Below are positions 49,030-58,779 of a stretch of 64,000 nt of DNA, in pieces. Below the pieces are notes generated by a model. It was not told where the DNA came from and did no database searches. It was given only the letters and a program-made list of their open reading frames with translations. The DNA lies in NCBI GenBank assembly GCA_963723365.1, contig CAVRRG010000035.1, forward strand, positions 4,752 to 68,751. Reading direction: 5' to 3'. Within the stretch, counting starts at the first letter, position 1. Every line of letters begins with the position of its first letter. This DNA is from Calditrichota bacterium (GTDB taxonomy: Bacteria; Calditrichota; Calditrichia; Calditrichales; J004). Position numbers and translations under genes: made by a program.

Positions 49030-50610
49030 TTAATTTGTAGCCATAAATTTTGGAGCATTTCTGTGTTTTGTTCCGGCCTCGTAAGCATAAGCTATTTCGA
49101 GCAGTACAGGCTCACTCCATTCGCGACCAAAAAAGGAGAGACCAACAGGTAATTCTGATATATAACCCATGGGAACTGTTATGCTAGGGTAGCCTGAAAT
49201 GGCTGCATAGGAAGAGCTTGACAAGATGAATTTATCACCGTTTACCAGGTCTGTTTTCCAGGCCGGCCCTCCTGATGCAGCAATGATAGCATGCAGTTTA
49301 TGTTCAGCCATTATTTTGTCAATACCATTTTTTTGGTAGGCTAAATGCATGTCACGGACAGCTTTTTTATATTCTTCAGAATTCAGATCCCCTTTTGACT
49401 GAGAGTTCTCCATGCGACCCAGATTAAAATGCTGCATTTCAATGCTATCGGCATATGTGGCTGCAATTGCTTCTTTAAGATTATTAACCGGCGCGTTTTT
49501 GAGGGTTTCAAAATATTTTCTCAAGCCATCTTTAAATTCATAAGCCAATACTTCTCTTGAGTTGCTCCACTTGCCGTCTTCTACAAATTCATCAAGCTCT
49601 ATTATTTCAACACCCTGGCTTTTTAAATACCGTACGGCACGATTCATCAGAGAATCTACTTTGAAATGTTTTCCGTTATTTGTGGTTAAAAACCCAATTC
49701 TTTTACCTTTTAAACCGTCAGTTTTTAAAAATTGTGTGTAATCGCTATAATAATTTCCCTTACTCTTTTTAGATTTAGCATCCGATTCATCCACGCCTGT
49801 TAAAGCTCCCAGGCAAATGGCCGCGTCCGTTACTGATCTGGCCATGGGGCCTGCCGTATCCTGGGTATAAGAAATCGGAATAATTCCCGAGCGACTGATA
49901 AGGCCAACAGTTGGTTTTATTCCAACTACTCCTGTGTTATTGGAGGGGCAGATTATTGAACCCCACGTTTCTGTCCCGATAGCCACAGCGCACAGATTTG
50001 CAGAAACGGCTGCACCGGAGCCGGCACTGGACCCGCAAGGATTGCGATCCAGTACATACGGATTTTTTGTCTGACCACCCACGGCGCTCCATCCACTGGA
50101 TGAAAAATCTGCCCGGTAATTTGCCCATTCACTCAGGTTTGCTTTGGCTAAGATAACAGCACCCGCTTCCCGCAGTTTTTTGGCGACCCAACTGTCTTTT
50201 GGAGGGTAGGAATCTTTTAATACCCTTGAACCACCTGTTGTAGGCATTTTATCATGGGTATCGATATTGTCTTTTAAAATAACAGGGATTCCATGCATGG
50301 GGCCACGCGAATTTCCATTGGCTAACTCTTTATCCAGATCTTCTGCTATCTGCATAGCATCCGGGTTTACAATTAGTATGGAATTTAGGCCGGGACCATT
50401 TTTATCAATTTCATCTATGCGCTGCATGTATAATTGTACGATTTGTTTAACACTGTATTTGCCGCTCTTGTAGCCCTCCTGAATCTCAGTAATAGTTATT
50501 TCGTCTAACTGGAAAGCGCTGATCGGGGTGTTTTGATTTTGCATTTGACAGGAAAAAGTTGTTAGTAATAAACTAAAAATAATTAATGTAAAAGTATTGA
50601 ATTGTTTCAT
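49030..50610 (-). CDS. Secreted amidase-signature (AS) family amidase
   Basis: Signal/lipobox (TFSC), GGSSAGSGAAVSA and the KDNIDT motif. Confidence 0.85.
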   Translation of the reverse strand: MKQFNTFTLIIFSLLLTTFSCQMQNQNTPISAFQLDEITITEIQEGYKSGKYSVKQIVQLYMQRIDEIDKNGPGLNSILIVNPDAMQIAEDLDKELANGNSRGPMHGIPVILKDNIDTHDKMPTTGGSRVLKDSYPPKDSWVAKKLREAGAVILAKANLSEWANYRADFSSSGWSAVGGQTKNPYVLDRNPCGSSAGSGAAVSANLCAVAIGTETWGSIICPSNNTGVVGIKPTVGLISRSGIIPISYTQDTAGPMARSVTDAAICLGALTGVDESDAKSKKSKGNYYSDYTQFLKTDGLKGKRIGFLTTNNGKHFKVDSLMNRAVRYLKSQGVEIIELDEFVEDGKWSNSREVLAYEFKDGLRKYFETLKNAPVNNLKEAIAATYADSIEMQHFNLGRMENSQSKGDLNSEEYKKAVRDMHLAYQKNGIDKIMAEHKLHAIIAASGGPAWKTDLVNGDKFILSSSSYAAISGYPSITVPMGYISELPVGLSFFGREWSEPVLLEIAYAYEAGTKHRNAPKFMATN

Positions 50611-50640
50611 GGGGCTCCCCTTTGTTTATTTTAAAATATT

Positions 50641-51243
50641 TCATTCGTAAATCCGTATAATCTCACCATTTAAAGTTCCTTCGATACTCTTTAAGTAGCC
50701 ATTTACTACTTTTGACATCGGAATTATCTTATGTCCCGGAAAAAAATCCTTGTATTTGATGGCAGAATCTTCTACCAGGCCACTGGCAACAACATTAATT
50801 CTATGCCCATTCTTAATTTCCAGGACAGCAGCTTTTACAAAGCTGTGAATTGCACCGTTGATCATTGCAGCACTTGCTGTCATAGCTACCGGGTGTTCCG
50901 CCAGAATTCCGGTTGTCAATGTAACAGATCCATTTGGATTTAAATAATTTAACCCAATGTGCACCAGGTTTACCTGTCCCATCAATTTGCTCTTTAGGCC
51001 AAAATAATAATCTTCTTCGGTCAACTCATAAAATTTAGCCCATTTTGCTTCACCCGCAATAGAGACAATAGCATCAATATTGCCCGTAGTTTCAAACATT
51101 GATTTAATAGACTTTCTATCAGAAATGTCAACGATAACATCCCCCGAAGTTCTACCCGCAATAAGTGTTTGATGATTTTTTGATATGGCAGCCGTTACCT
51201 TTTTGCCGATGGTTCCGTTTCCACCAATGATTAGTATTTTCAT
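50641..51243 (-). CDS. Short atypical SDR (Lin1944-like)
   Basis: Rossmann motif IIGGNGTIGKKV in a 200-aa protein. No YxxxK catalytic motif is visible; the equivalent region reads TASAAMINGAI. Confidence 0.7.
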   Translation of the reverse strand: MKILIIGGNGTIGKKVTAAISKNHQTLIAGRTSGDVIVDISDRKSIKSMFETTGNIDAIVSIAGEAKWAKFYELTEEDYYFGLKSKLMGQVNLVHIGLNYLNPNGSVTLTTGILAEHPVAMTASAAMINGAIHSFVKAAVLEIKNGHRINVVASGLVEDSAIKYKDFFPGHKIIPMSKVVNGYLKSIEGTLNGEIIRIYE

Positions 51244-51248
51244 GCTGT

Positions 51249-52205
51249 TTAATCTTTCAGGTTTAATACAGATTGGCGCTGACGATTCACAGTTAGTTGC
51301 GTAACATCCGGCCTGGAATAATGACCCGAAGGATCAAAGTTCTGGCGTTCTTGCCTGACCAGTGCATGATTTACTTCAACAATAAACAAATCTTCACTAT
51401 TAATCTGGGGTTCCAATACCCAGGACCCATTTGGCCCGGCAACACACGATCCGCCATTTGCCAAGAAAGCAGGACTGTTTTCAACAATTATTTCATGATG
51501 CGGAATATTTGAAGTCACATCTTCTTTGCGCATTAACCCTGAAACCGATACAACATATGAGCGAGACTCCCTGGCTATAAAACGCGTAATATCTTTAGTG
51601 GAAGCGGCACCACCCGGCCATAATGCAATATGCAGATCTTCACCTTGCCCATATAAAGCGGATCGCACCAGGGGCATCCAGTTTTCCCAGCAATTTAGAG
51701 CTCCAACGGTAAAGGCTTGCAAGGGATGAACGACCAGGCCATGCCCATCACCCGCAGACCAGGAAAGCCGCTCTTCATAGGTGGGCATTAGTTTACGGTG
51801 TACAGATTCTATCCGGCCCTTGTTATTGACATATACGCATGAAGCATAAAGACTATGGCCACCTCTGTTAACCGCAGCTTCGATTATTCCGCTAACAACC
51901 GTGATTTTATTTTCTTTACACACTTTACAAATAACATCTAAATCCCCGGATTCAATTTTAATGGCCTGTTGCATATATAGCGCATGAAATTCTTTTTGAA
52001 CAGCGGAATCGAATTGGGCACCGTTTGTTCGTTCGATCCAAAAAGGATAACCGGGAATTAAGGCTTCCCCAAAAACAATTAAGTCGCAATGTTGTTTGCC
52101 GGCTTTTTCTATATAACTAATTACTTTTTCTATTGTCTTTTGTCTATCTAACCAAACAGGCGCAATTTGGGCCAGGCCGATTTTTAAATTTTCTGCTTTT
52201 TTCAT
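51249..52205 (-). CDS. Nitrilase (branch-1 C-N hydrolase)
   Basis: E-K-C triad context is present: VFGEALIPGYP, HRKLMPT and GALNCWENWMP. Confidence 0.85.
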   Translation of the reverse strand: MKKAENLKIGLAQIAPVWLDRQKTIEKVISYIEKAGKQHCDLIVFGEALIPGYPFWIERTNGAQFDSAVQKEFHALYMQQAIKIESGDLDVICKVCKENKITVVSGIIEAAVNRGGHSLYASCVYVNNKGRIESVHRKLMPTYEERLSWSAGDGHGLVVHPLQAFTVGALNCWENWMPLVRSALYGQGEDLHIALWPGGAASTKDITRFIARESRSYVVSVSGLMRKEDVTSNIPHHEIIVENSPAFLANGGSCVAGPNGSWVLEPQINSEDLFIVEVNHALVRQERQNFDPSGHYSRPDVTQLTVNRQRQSVLNLKD

Positions 52206-52230
52206 ATTACATATCCCAGGAAGTAGAATT

Positions 52231-53022
52231 TTAAATATTTACAATCATTTTTGCTAAAATCTCTTTCATCATTTTTGCTGCCAATGTGGCGCTAATATCG
52301 TTCAAATCTCTGTCCGGATTATACTCTACGATATCTGCGCCTATTATCGGTGATTTGATACTATGTATTAATTCGATTACCTGGCGCGCCGAAAATCCGC
52401 CGGGTTCAGGATGAGAAACACCGGGAGCGAAAGCAGGATCAAAAGCATCCATATCAAGTGAAATATACAAAGGATTTTTGAATTCCGGAATCTTTGTTAA
52501 TTCAAAATTTTTCATATCTAATATGGTAATGTTAAATTTTTGGGCCTGCTCTTTTTGATGCGGGTTTAATGTTCTAATACCGACCTGAAACAGGGAAGAG
52601 GCTAATTCGTTCTCCATAATACGCGCGAAAGGGCAGGCATGTGAATAGATATCCCCATTAAATTCATGATACAGATCGGCATGCGCGTCAATTAGCAAAA
52701 TATCAGGCTTGGAATATATTGTATTTATAGCTTTTAAAATGGGATATGAAATAGAATGATCGCCGCCAAGAGTCAGAATTTTTTCATTTTCCTGCAGATT
52801 TGCTTTGGTTATTGTTTCAATATCGAAATATGAGTTGATTTTAAAATCACCCCTATCAATAATTTCTTTTGAATTAATATCTACTCCAGTTTCAGAAAAA
52901 TAGTTTGAAGAGCCGTTATGGAGAATCTCTCTTATTTTAGGAGGCGCCAGGCGAGGTCCTTTTAAGAAAGATGACTTCTGATCAAACAAAATTCCCTGAA
53001 TGGCGACTGTTGGTCTTTTCAT
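52231..53022 (-). CDS. Ureohydrolase family protein (agmatinase-like)
   Basis: Mn-binding motifs GGDHSISYP, DAHADL and SLDMDAFDP. At 263 aa it is a short form. Confidence 0.8.
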   Translation of the reverse strand: MKRPTVAIQGILFDQKSSFLKGPRLAPPKIREILHNGSSNYFSETGVDINSKEIIDRGDFKINSYFDIETITKANLQENEKILTLGGDHSISYPILKAINTIYSKPDILLIDAHADLYHEFNGDIYSHACPFARIMENELASSLFQVGIRTLNPHQKEQAQKFNITILDMKNFELTKIPEFKNPLYISLDMDAFDPAFAPGVSHPEPGGFSARQVIELIHSIKSPIIGADIVEYNPDRDLNDISATLAAKMMKEILAKMIVNI

Positions 53023-53080
53023 AAATCAAAATCCCAAATAGCTTCGGCAGCAGGCAGCTTTGCACAAAATAATTCCAAGA

Positions 53081-53623
53081 CTACGACCGAATAAAGTTAT
53101 CATTTTCAAGTTGGTAAATTAATTCACTTAAATTAGTGTCGCTTTTAGCCCTGTTTAGAAAATTGAACTTTTCTAAAAGTTTTACTGACCTATGATTATC
53201 TTTATGAGTATAGGCATATATACTTTTTAGTTTTAAAACATTAAAGGCAAATCCAATTACTTTTTGAAGAGCTTCATAAGCATAGCCTTTTCCATGATGT
53301 TCGGGATGCAGCTCATAGCCAATTTCTGCGGAGTTATTTTCCTCTGATATATTCCAGAGACAAATAGTACCCAGCAAAGTATCAATACCTCTTACCGTAA
53401 TTGCCCAATAGAGCCAATCTGCTTTCAAAATACCAACATTTATGTGTACAATAAAATTCTCTGCATCTTTTATGGTAATTGTTTTTGGTCTTTCGATATA
53501 GCGATTATTGAGTTTATCGCTTCGAATTGCAAATATTTGTTGTTTATCAAAAGGCTGCAATTGCCTTAATAGCAGGCGTTCTGATGATAAAATGGGGAAG
53601 GGTGAAAAATTTTCAGCTTTCAT
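53081..53623 (-). CDS. GNAT N-acetyltransferase
   Basis: RLLLRQLQPFD...HGKGYAYEAL...DNHRSVKLLEKFNF is the RimL-like pattern. Confidence 0.8.
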   Translation of the reverse strand: MKAENFSPFPILSSERLLLRQLQPFDKQQIFAIRSDKLNNRYIERPKTITIKDAENFIVHINVGILKADWLYWAITVRGIDTLLGTICLWNISEENNSAEIGYELHPEHHGKGYAYEALQKVIGFAFNVLKLKSIYAYTHKDNHRSVKLLEKFNFLNRAKSDTNLSELIYQLENDNFIRS

Positions 53624-53657
53624 AAGTAGTTTATTAACTTGGTTTTAAACGGTATCA

Positions 53658-54077
53658 TTAAGAGATATTATCAGCTTTGTATTCACTAATTTCAAATAGA
53701 TGTCCATCGGGATCCTTGAAGAAGCAGCGGATTTCTTCTCCCCAATCATAGGGCGGAGTAATAAATTCAGCTCCCCTGCCTTTGAGTATTTCATAAGATT
53801 GGCGGCAATCGTTAACACGGATTGTGAAGGAATGGCTTATTTCATTTGAATTAGCGGACACTGTAAAATGTGTGTCAGGTTTATCAGCAGTGGGCCCACC
53901 TGCAGTAACAAGTAAAATCCAGTTGTTCAGGAAACTAATTACCATCGAATTTCCGCCATATTCACGATATAATTCAGCTCCCAAAATGTTAAGATAGAAG
54001 TGTTTTGATTTCTGCATTTCGCTAACAACAAGAATTGTTGTCAGCTCAGAGTCTTTAAAAGGATTATCTTTGTTCAT
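53658..54077 (-). CDS. VOC/glyoxalase-family protein
   Basis: 139 aa containing FYLNILGAEL...FKDPDGHLFEI, a typical VOC beta-alpha-beta-beta-beta module. Confidence 0.7.
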   Translation of the reverse strand: MNKDNPFKDSELTTILVVSEMQKSKHFYLNILGAELYREYGGNSMVISFLNNWILLVTAGGPTADKPDTHFTVSANSNEISHSFTIRVNDCRQSYEILKGRGAEFITPPYDWGEEIRCFFKDPDGHLFEISEYKADNIS

Positions 54078-54084
54078 CTTTATC

Positions 54085-55629
54085 TCACAAAATACTTTTC
54101 GGAATTAACCAACGGCTCCAGGTTTTGAATCGTTTCCACCATCCCGCTTCGGAATCCGGATTGAAATCCTTTGTTATTTTCCAGGAATTTTCAGGTAAAA
54201 ATTCTTCTTCGATATGATCAAGAATATTGCTGGTGATTTTTTTTGAATGAATAACAACAATACATTCTGTATTAAGATTAATACTGCGGGGGTCGAGGTT
54301 AAAAGTTCCTACCACAGAGATTTTTTTATCAACTACCATAGTTTTTGAATGTAAACCAAAGATCGGCGCATAATCAAGCTCCTTTTGCAAGGCACTGGTC
54401 ATAACTATATAGCGTACTTTTGCATCCGGCCGAAATTCATGAATTTCTATCCCCGCTTTAAGTAAATTTTTCCTGTCTTTTTGATAACCACTAAATGCTT
54501 CAATACCGTCTGTTGATGCCAGGCTATTTGTCAGAATTCTTATCTTAACGCCTCTTTTTATTGCGTCCTTAAAAAGTTTTTTTGTTGCATCGTTTGTTAT
54601 TAGGTACGGCGATTGAATATCAATTGTCCTTTGTGCCTTATTTATTAAAGAGATTAAAGTGTCAGTAGTAATACCTCCTCCACTAAGACCATCGCTACCA
54701 TCGTTTTTGCCCGGTGCATCGGATACATATATAACACTATCTATCCAATGTAAGTCGCCTGTAGCATTAATATGTTGAAATCCTTCGGGAATGGTTTTTA
54801 TTTTTTCCCGGACTTGCGGCCAAAAATTTTCCGGATTGCAGGCATATTGATGAAGCCAGTGATATTGCTCCTGCACTTTTAATTTATATCTTTTTACGTC
54901 AACTAGTTTTGATAACGATTGGGATAACGGGTGATCCCAAAACGCATTAAAAGATTCCTGGACAGAATTAACCGTTTTCCCCAGCAAAAGAACATCCCTG
55001 TCCCTAAAGTTATATTCGTGGTCATAGTCAAAATATTCATCGGCAATATTTCGACCTCCGGTAATAACAACCTTGTTATCAACAATAAATGTTTTATTAT
55101 GCATGCGTTGATTGAAACCACGGAAATTTGTTGCCAGGCTTACAATCTTTCCTGTAATATTTTTACCGATATTTGCTGTTGGATTATATATTTTTATTGA
55201 AATATTTTCATGAGCATCAATTTCCAGGATGTCTATAATATCCGCTTCGAGCATTAGATCATCTATGAGTAAACGAATCTTTATACCTCTGTCCGCTGCG
55301 CGTATGATATAATCCAAAGCGATAAGACCCACGTTATCCAGCGAAAAAATAAAATACTGAATATCAATTGTTTCTTCCGCATATTCAGAAAGCCAGGCCC
55401 TTGCTATCATCGCCTCGTCACCTTCCTCCAAAGAATATATGCCCGTCTTTTCCAGCATCAATTTTTTTACTGGTTGCAGCTGCTTGGATAACGTTGTGCT
55501 TGAATCGCGGTGAATTTCTGCGCAAAAATCCTTGTCTACAATCAACTCCGGGAATTGCGTTGATGAACAGATGCTACATAAACAAAATAAAATGAATGGA
55601 AATTTTCTAATTACCGCTATGGGCTTCAT
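54085..55629 (-). CDS. Secreted phospholipase D / cardiolipin synthase-like protein (two HKD motifs)
   Basis: HNKTFIVDNKVVITGGRNIADEY and HSKTMVVDKKISVVGTFNLDPRS, plus an N-terminal signal peptide. Confidence 0.85.
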   Translation of the reverse strand: MKPIAVIRKFPFILFCLCSICSSTQFPELIVDKDFCAEIHRDSSTTLSKQLQPVKKLMLEKTGIYSLEEGDEAMIARAWLSEYAEETIDIQYFIFSLDNVGLIALDYIIRAADRGIKIRLLIDDLMLEADIIDILEIDAHENISIKIYNPTANIGKNITGKIVSLATNFRGFNQRMHNKTFIVDNKVVITGGRNIADEYFDYDHEYNFRDRDVLLLGKTVNSVQESFNAFWDHPLSQSLSKLVDVKRYKLKVQEQYHWLHQYACNPENFWPQVREKIKTIPEGFQHINATGDLHWIDSVIYVSDAPGKNDGSDGLSGGGITTDTLISLINKAQRTIDIQSPYLITNDATKKLFKDAIKRGVKIRILTNSLASTDGIEAFSGYQKDRKNLLKAGIEIHEFRPDAKVRYIVMTSALQKELDYAPIFGLHSKTMVVDKKISVVGTFNLDPRSINLNTECIVVIHSKKITSNILDHIEEEFLPENSWKITKDFNPDSEAGWWKRFKTWSRWLIPKSIL

Positions 55630-55765
55630 TGAGCTCCTTTAAAGGTCACTGCTTGCTGCTTGGTTTTACCCTGTTCCAAATATCCAGATAAATTTTCCGG
55701 GCATGATCTTGCTTTTTCCATACAATGACATACTTTCCATTTTTTCTTTAAAAAAAGATTAAAAT

Positions 55766-56302
55766 CTATTTACTACACATTTCCAATAGTTTTTTAACCG
55801 TATTCCAATTGCGGCTAGTTGCACGAACTTTCAGTTTGCGTTCCAGCGTCTTGTTATCCAGCTTTGATTTTCCAAATCCTATGGGTATATACATGTAAAT
55901 AATATCCTCACCAAAAACAAGCTGATCATGTTGCGCTTTTAGTGATTCGATCTCGTCGATTGGAATGTGTGCGGGCTTTTGATCCAAAAAAGTGACTGCT
56001 AATCTATTAAATTCAAGATCACCTTTAAAAGGAAGTTGATTTACTACCTTTAGCAGTTTTTGTTTTGTAACCAGCTGAACAGGGACATCAAAAGCATACT
56101 TTGCTTTTACGGCCTTTTCAATCATACTAATCAATTCAGGGATATCATTGTTATCCGATTTAAAAACCACGTTACCGCTTTGAATGTATGTCTGCACAGC
56201 ACTGAATGAGAGAGATTTAAACAAAATTTGTAAGTCGGCCATCAAGATTTTCTTGTGTCCGCTTACATTAATTCCACGCAGGAGTGCGATGTATGTATTC
56301 AA
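55766..56302 (-). CDS. DUF1697-family protein
   Basis: YIALLRGINVSGHKKILMADL...TYIQSGNVVF matches the DUF1697 N-terminal signature. Confidence 0.65.
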   Translation of the reverse strand: MNTYIALLRGINVSGHKKILMADLQILFKSLSFSAVQTYIQSGNVVFKSDNNDIPELISMIEKAVKAKYAFDVPVQLVTKQKLLKVVNQLPFKGDLEFNRLAVTFLDQKPAHIPIDEIESLKAQHDQLVFGEDIIYMYIPIGFGKSKLDNKTLERKLKVRATSRNWNTVKKLLEMCSK

Positions 56303-56425
56303 TATATTCTCGCTTTGGTTTTATATGTTATGGGCATCCATCTGTTTGGTTGCTTCTTTAACAATCTTCGTTATTTGCGGGATATGTTCCTGATTGAGCG
56401 CGGCAATTTTATCCATTCCTAAATC

Positions 56426-56653
56426 TTATTCAGAATTTATTTTTATTATGCTTACCGGGCAGTTAGCGGCGGCACTTTTATTTTTTTCTAATTCTTCGTC
56501 ATCAATATAAGACTGAAAAGTACCGTTTTTTGCTATGCCATTCAGTAATGTGCTTTTACCATCTTTTTTGGACATTCGCCAATGGCCTGGCGCTGCTTCA
56601 GCACATGCGCCGCAGCCGATACATTTATTTCTATAATAGATAATCCTGACCAT
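56426..56653 (-). CDS. Single-cluster [4Fe-4S]/[3Fe-4S] ferredoxin
   Basis: 75 aa with CIGCGAC...CP. The start overlaps the U32 gene stop (TGATG). Confidence 0.75.
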   Translation of the reverse strand: MVRIIYYRNKCIGCGACAEAAPGHWRMSKKDGKSTLLNGIAKNGTFQSYIDDEELEKNKSAAANCPVSIIKINSE

Positions 56654-57888
56654 CAGCTCTTTTCAATTTTATACAATTTGTCCGATGGTCGTATAATATG
56701 GTCTATAGGCAGCGAGAAATTATCATTACGTTTTACTTCTTCTACCAGCTTATCATCCACACGAAGTTCCTGAACAGTCGTTTTGACAACACCTGTAGTG
56801 GGACCGGTTACAAGTATCTGATCACCCTTTTTTAATGAGTGGCTTTCTAATTGAAACTCCCCTACAGCAATTTTTTTAAAATATTTTATTCCTTTACCCA
56901 GGTAGATTTTTCGCTCAGTGGCTTTGGAACCATAAGAATCATTCCATTCGCCCATTTTGCGGCCTAAATAGTAACCTTCCCAGAATCCGCGGTTGTAAAC
57001 AGTGGCGAGTTGCTCTGTCCATTTTTCTACTTTTTCCTGGTTAAAACTACCATCATTCAAAGCATCCGCAGCTTCCCGGTAACAGCGCACGGCAGTATCT
57101 ACATAATCTGCTGCGCGTCCGCGGCCCTCAATTTTTAAAATATTGACACCGGCTTCAAGCACCTTGTCTAAAAATCCAATGGTACATAAATCCTTGGCAC
57201 TCATAATATATTCATTATCAATGGCCAGTTCTGTGCCTTCATCTTTATCTGTGACAACATACTCTCTGCGGCAGTTTTGTATGCAGGCGCCGCGGTTTGC
57301 TGATGCATTGTGCGAGTGCAGGCTAAGATAGCATTTTCCGGAGACAGCCATGCACAAGGCACCATGGGCAAATACTTCAATTTCAACCAGATTCCCCGAC
57401 GGCCCATATATTTTTCGTCGTTTAATTTCTTTTGTTATCGATTTTACCTGGCTGAGCGTGAGTTCCCTGGCCAGAACCATGACATCAGCATAATGCGCAT
57501 AAAATTCCACGGTTTCGATATTACTGACATTGGCCTGGGTAGAAATATGCAAAGACAGGCCGATCTTTTTTGCGTAATTCATAACCGCATGATCAGCAGC
57601 AATCACGGCTGAAACGCCGCTGTTTTTAGCTTTATCCATGATGCTTTTCATGAGCCTGATATCATGATCGTACATTATTGTGTTCAGAGTGATATAGGTT
57701 TTAACACTACCCACTTTGCATCGTTTTACAATTTCCTGCAGATCATCTAAAGTAAAATTGATTGAGGATCGGGCACGCATATTTAGCTGCTCCACACCAA
57801 AATATACTGAATTGCAACCAGCATTAAGGGCAGCAGATAGGGATTCAAAAGAGCCAACCGGGGCCATTATCTCAACATTTTGTTTCAT
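56653..57888 (-). CDS. Peptidase U32 family protein (PrtC-like; family includes O2-independent Fe-S hydroxylases)
   Basis: U32 core ELHISTQ/EVFAHGALC with C-x6-C-x15-C-x3-C (CMAVSGKC...CIQNC) and a C-terminal beta-barrel domain. Confidence 0.85.
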   Translation of the reverse strand: MKQNVEIMAPVGSFESLSAALNAGCNSVYFGVEQLNMRARSSINFTLDDLQEIVKRCKVGSVKTYITLNTIMYDHDIRLMKSIMDKAKNSGVSAVIAADHAVMNYAKKIGLSLHISTQANVSNIETVEFYAHYADVMVLARELTLSQVKSITKEIKRRKIYGPSGNLVEIEVFAHGALCMAVSGKCYLSLHSHNASANRGACIQNCRREYVVTDKDEGTELAIDNEYIMSAKDLCTIGFLDKVLEAGVNILKIEGRGRAADYVDTAVRCYREAADALNDGSFNQEKVEKWTEQLATVYNRGFWEGYYLGRKMGEWNDSYGSKATERKIYLGKGIKYFKKIAVGEFQLESHSLKKGDQILVTGPTTGVVKTTVQELRVDDKLVEEVKRNDNFSLPIDHIIRPSDKLYKIEKS

Positions 57889-58091
57889 TTCTAAAATTTA
57901 TCCCTTCATTACGCTCATTACGAGCAATAAAAACAAGTGCTCAAATATAAAATATTTCTGTCAAGAATGGAATTAATCCGTTGGAAATTAATAACCATAT
58001 TTTTTGAGAAACGGCTTTTGTCTCTGAGCAGATTTCTATAGATTATTTTCGATGTTTATTCTAATGTATACATAATCTCTTAAATCTTATC

Positions 58092-58730
58092 ATGAAAAAA
58101 GAATCTGTAAGCGAAGAAATTGCCAATAGCATCACTCACGGAATCGGGGTGGGGTTAAGTATAGCGGGGACAGCTGTTTTAGTTGTCAGGGCGTCGCTAT
58201 ATGGTGACACCTGGCAAGTGGTAAGCTTCAGTATTTACGGGGCGGCACTGATTACTTTGTACCTGGCTTCCACATTATATCATAGTTTTCAAAATCCTAA
58301 CACAAAACGCATTTTTAAAATTATAGATCATTCTTCCATCTACCTGCTGATTGCCGGAACTTACACACCCTTTACCCTTATCAGCATTCGAGGTGCCTGG
58401 GGCTGGTCCCTGTTTGGGGTAATCTGGGGTTTAGCATTTGCCGGTATTGTTTTTAAAACCCTCTTTATCGGACGCTTTAAAAAACTATCTACAGCTGTTT
58501 ATTTATTAATGGGCTGGCTTGTAATAATCGCTTTTAAACCCATGATTGCAGGTGTTCCGAGCGGAGGGCTTATTTGGCTGGCGATCGGTGGTTTATCTTA
58601 CACCCTGGGCGTTATTTTTTATGCCTGGCATAGTTTAAAGTACAGCCATGCCATCTGGCATCTTTTTGTTTTAGGCGGCAGCCTATGTCACTATTTTTCG
58701 ATATACCTTTACCTGTTGCCAAAACTCTGA
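58092..58730 (+). CDS. Hemolysin III / PAQR family membrane protein
   Basis: Seven TM helices with ANSITHGIG, DHSSIYLLIAGTYTP and HAIWHLFVLGGS motifs. Confidence 0.85.
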   Translation: MKKESVSEEIANSITHGIGVGLSIAGTAVLVVRASLYGDTWQVVSFSIYGAALITLYLASTLYHSFQNPNTKRIFKIIDHSSIYLLIAGTYTPFTLISIRGAWGWSLFGVIWGLAFAGIVFKTLFIGRFKKLSTAVYLLMGWLVIIAFKPMIAGVPSGGLIWLAIGGLSYTLGVIFYAWHSLKYSHAIWHLFVLGGSLCHYFSIYLYLLPKL

Positions 58731-58779
58731 GTCGTTTTTATGTTTTGCTTAAAAAGGTGCAATAGTCTAAAATAGTTTC

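Noticed and set aside
55640-55714. 24-codon minus-strand ORF (MESMSLYGKSKIMPGKFIWIFGTG) upstream of the PLD gene, whose end resembles a Rossmann N-terminus.
   Set aside because: It is too short and too weakly similar to call either a gene or a remnant.
56321-56416. 31-codon minus-strand ORF (MDKIAALNQEHIPQITKIVKEATKQMDAHNI) between the ferredoxin and DUF1697 genes.
   Set aside because: The AGGA abuts the ATG with no spacer. The ORF is very short and I recognise no motif. It could be a real small protein, but the sequence alone does not support it.
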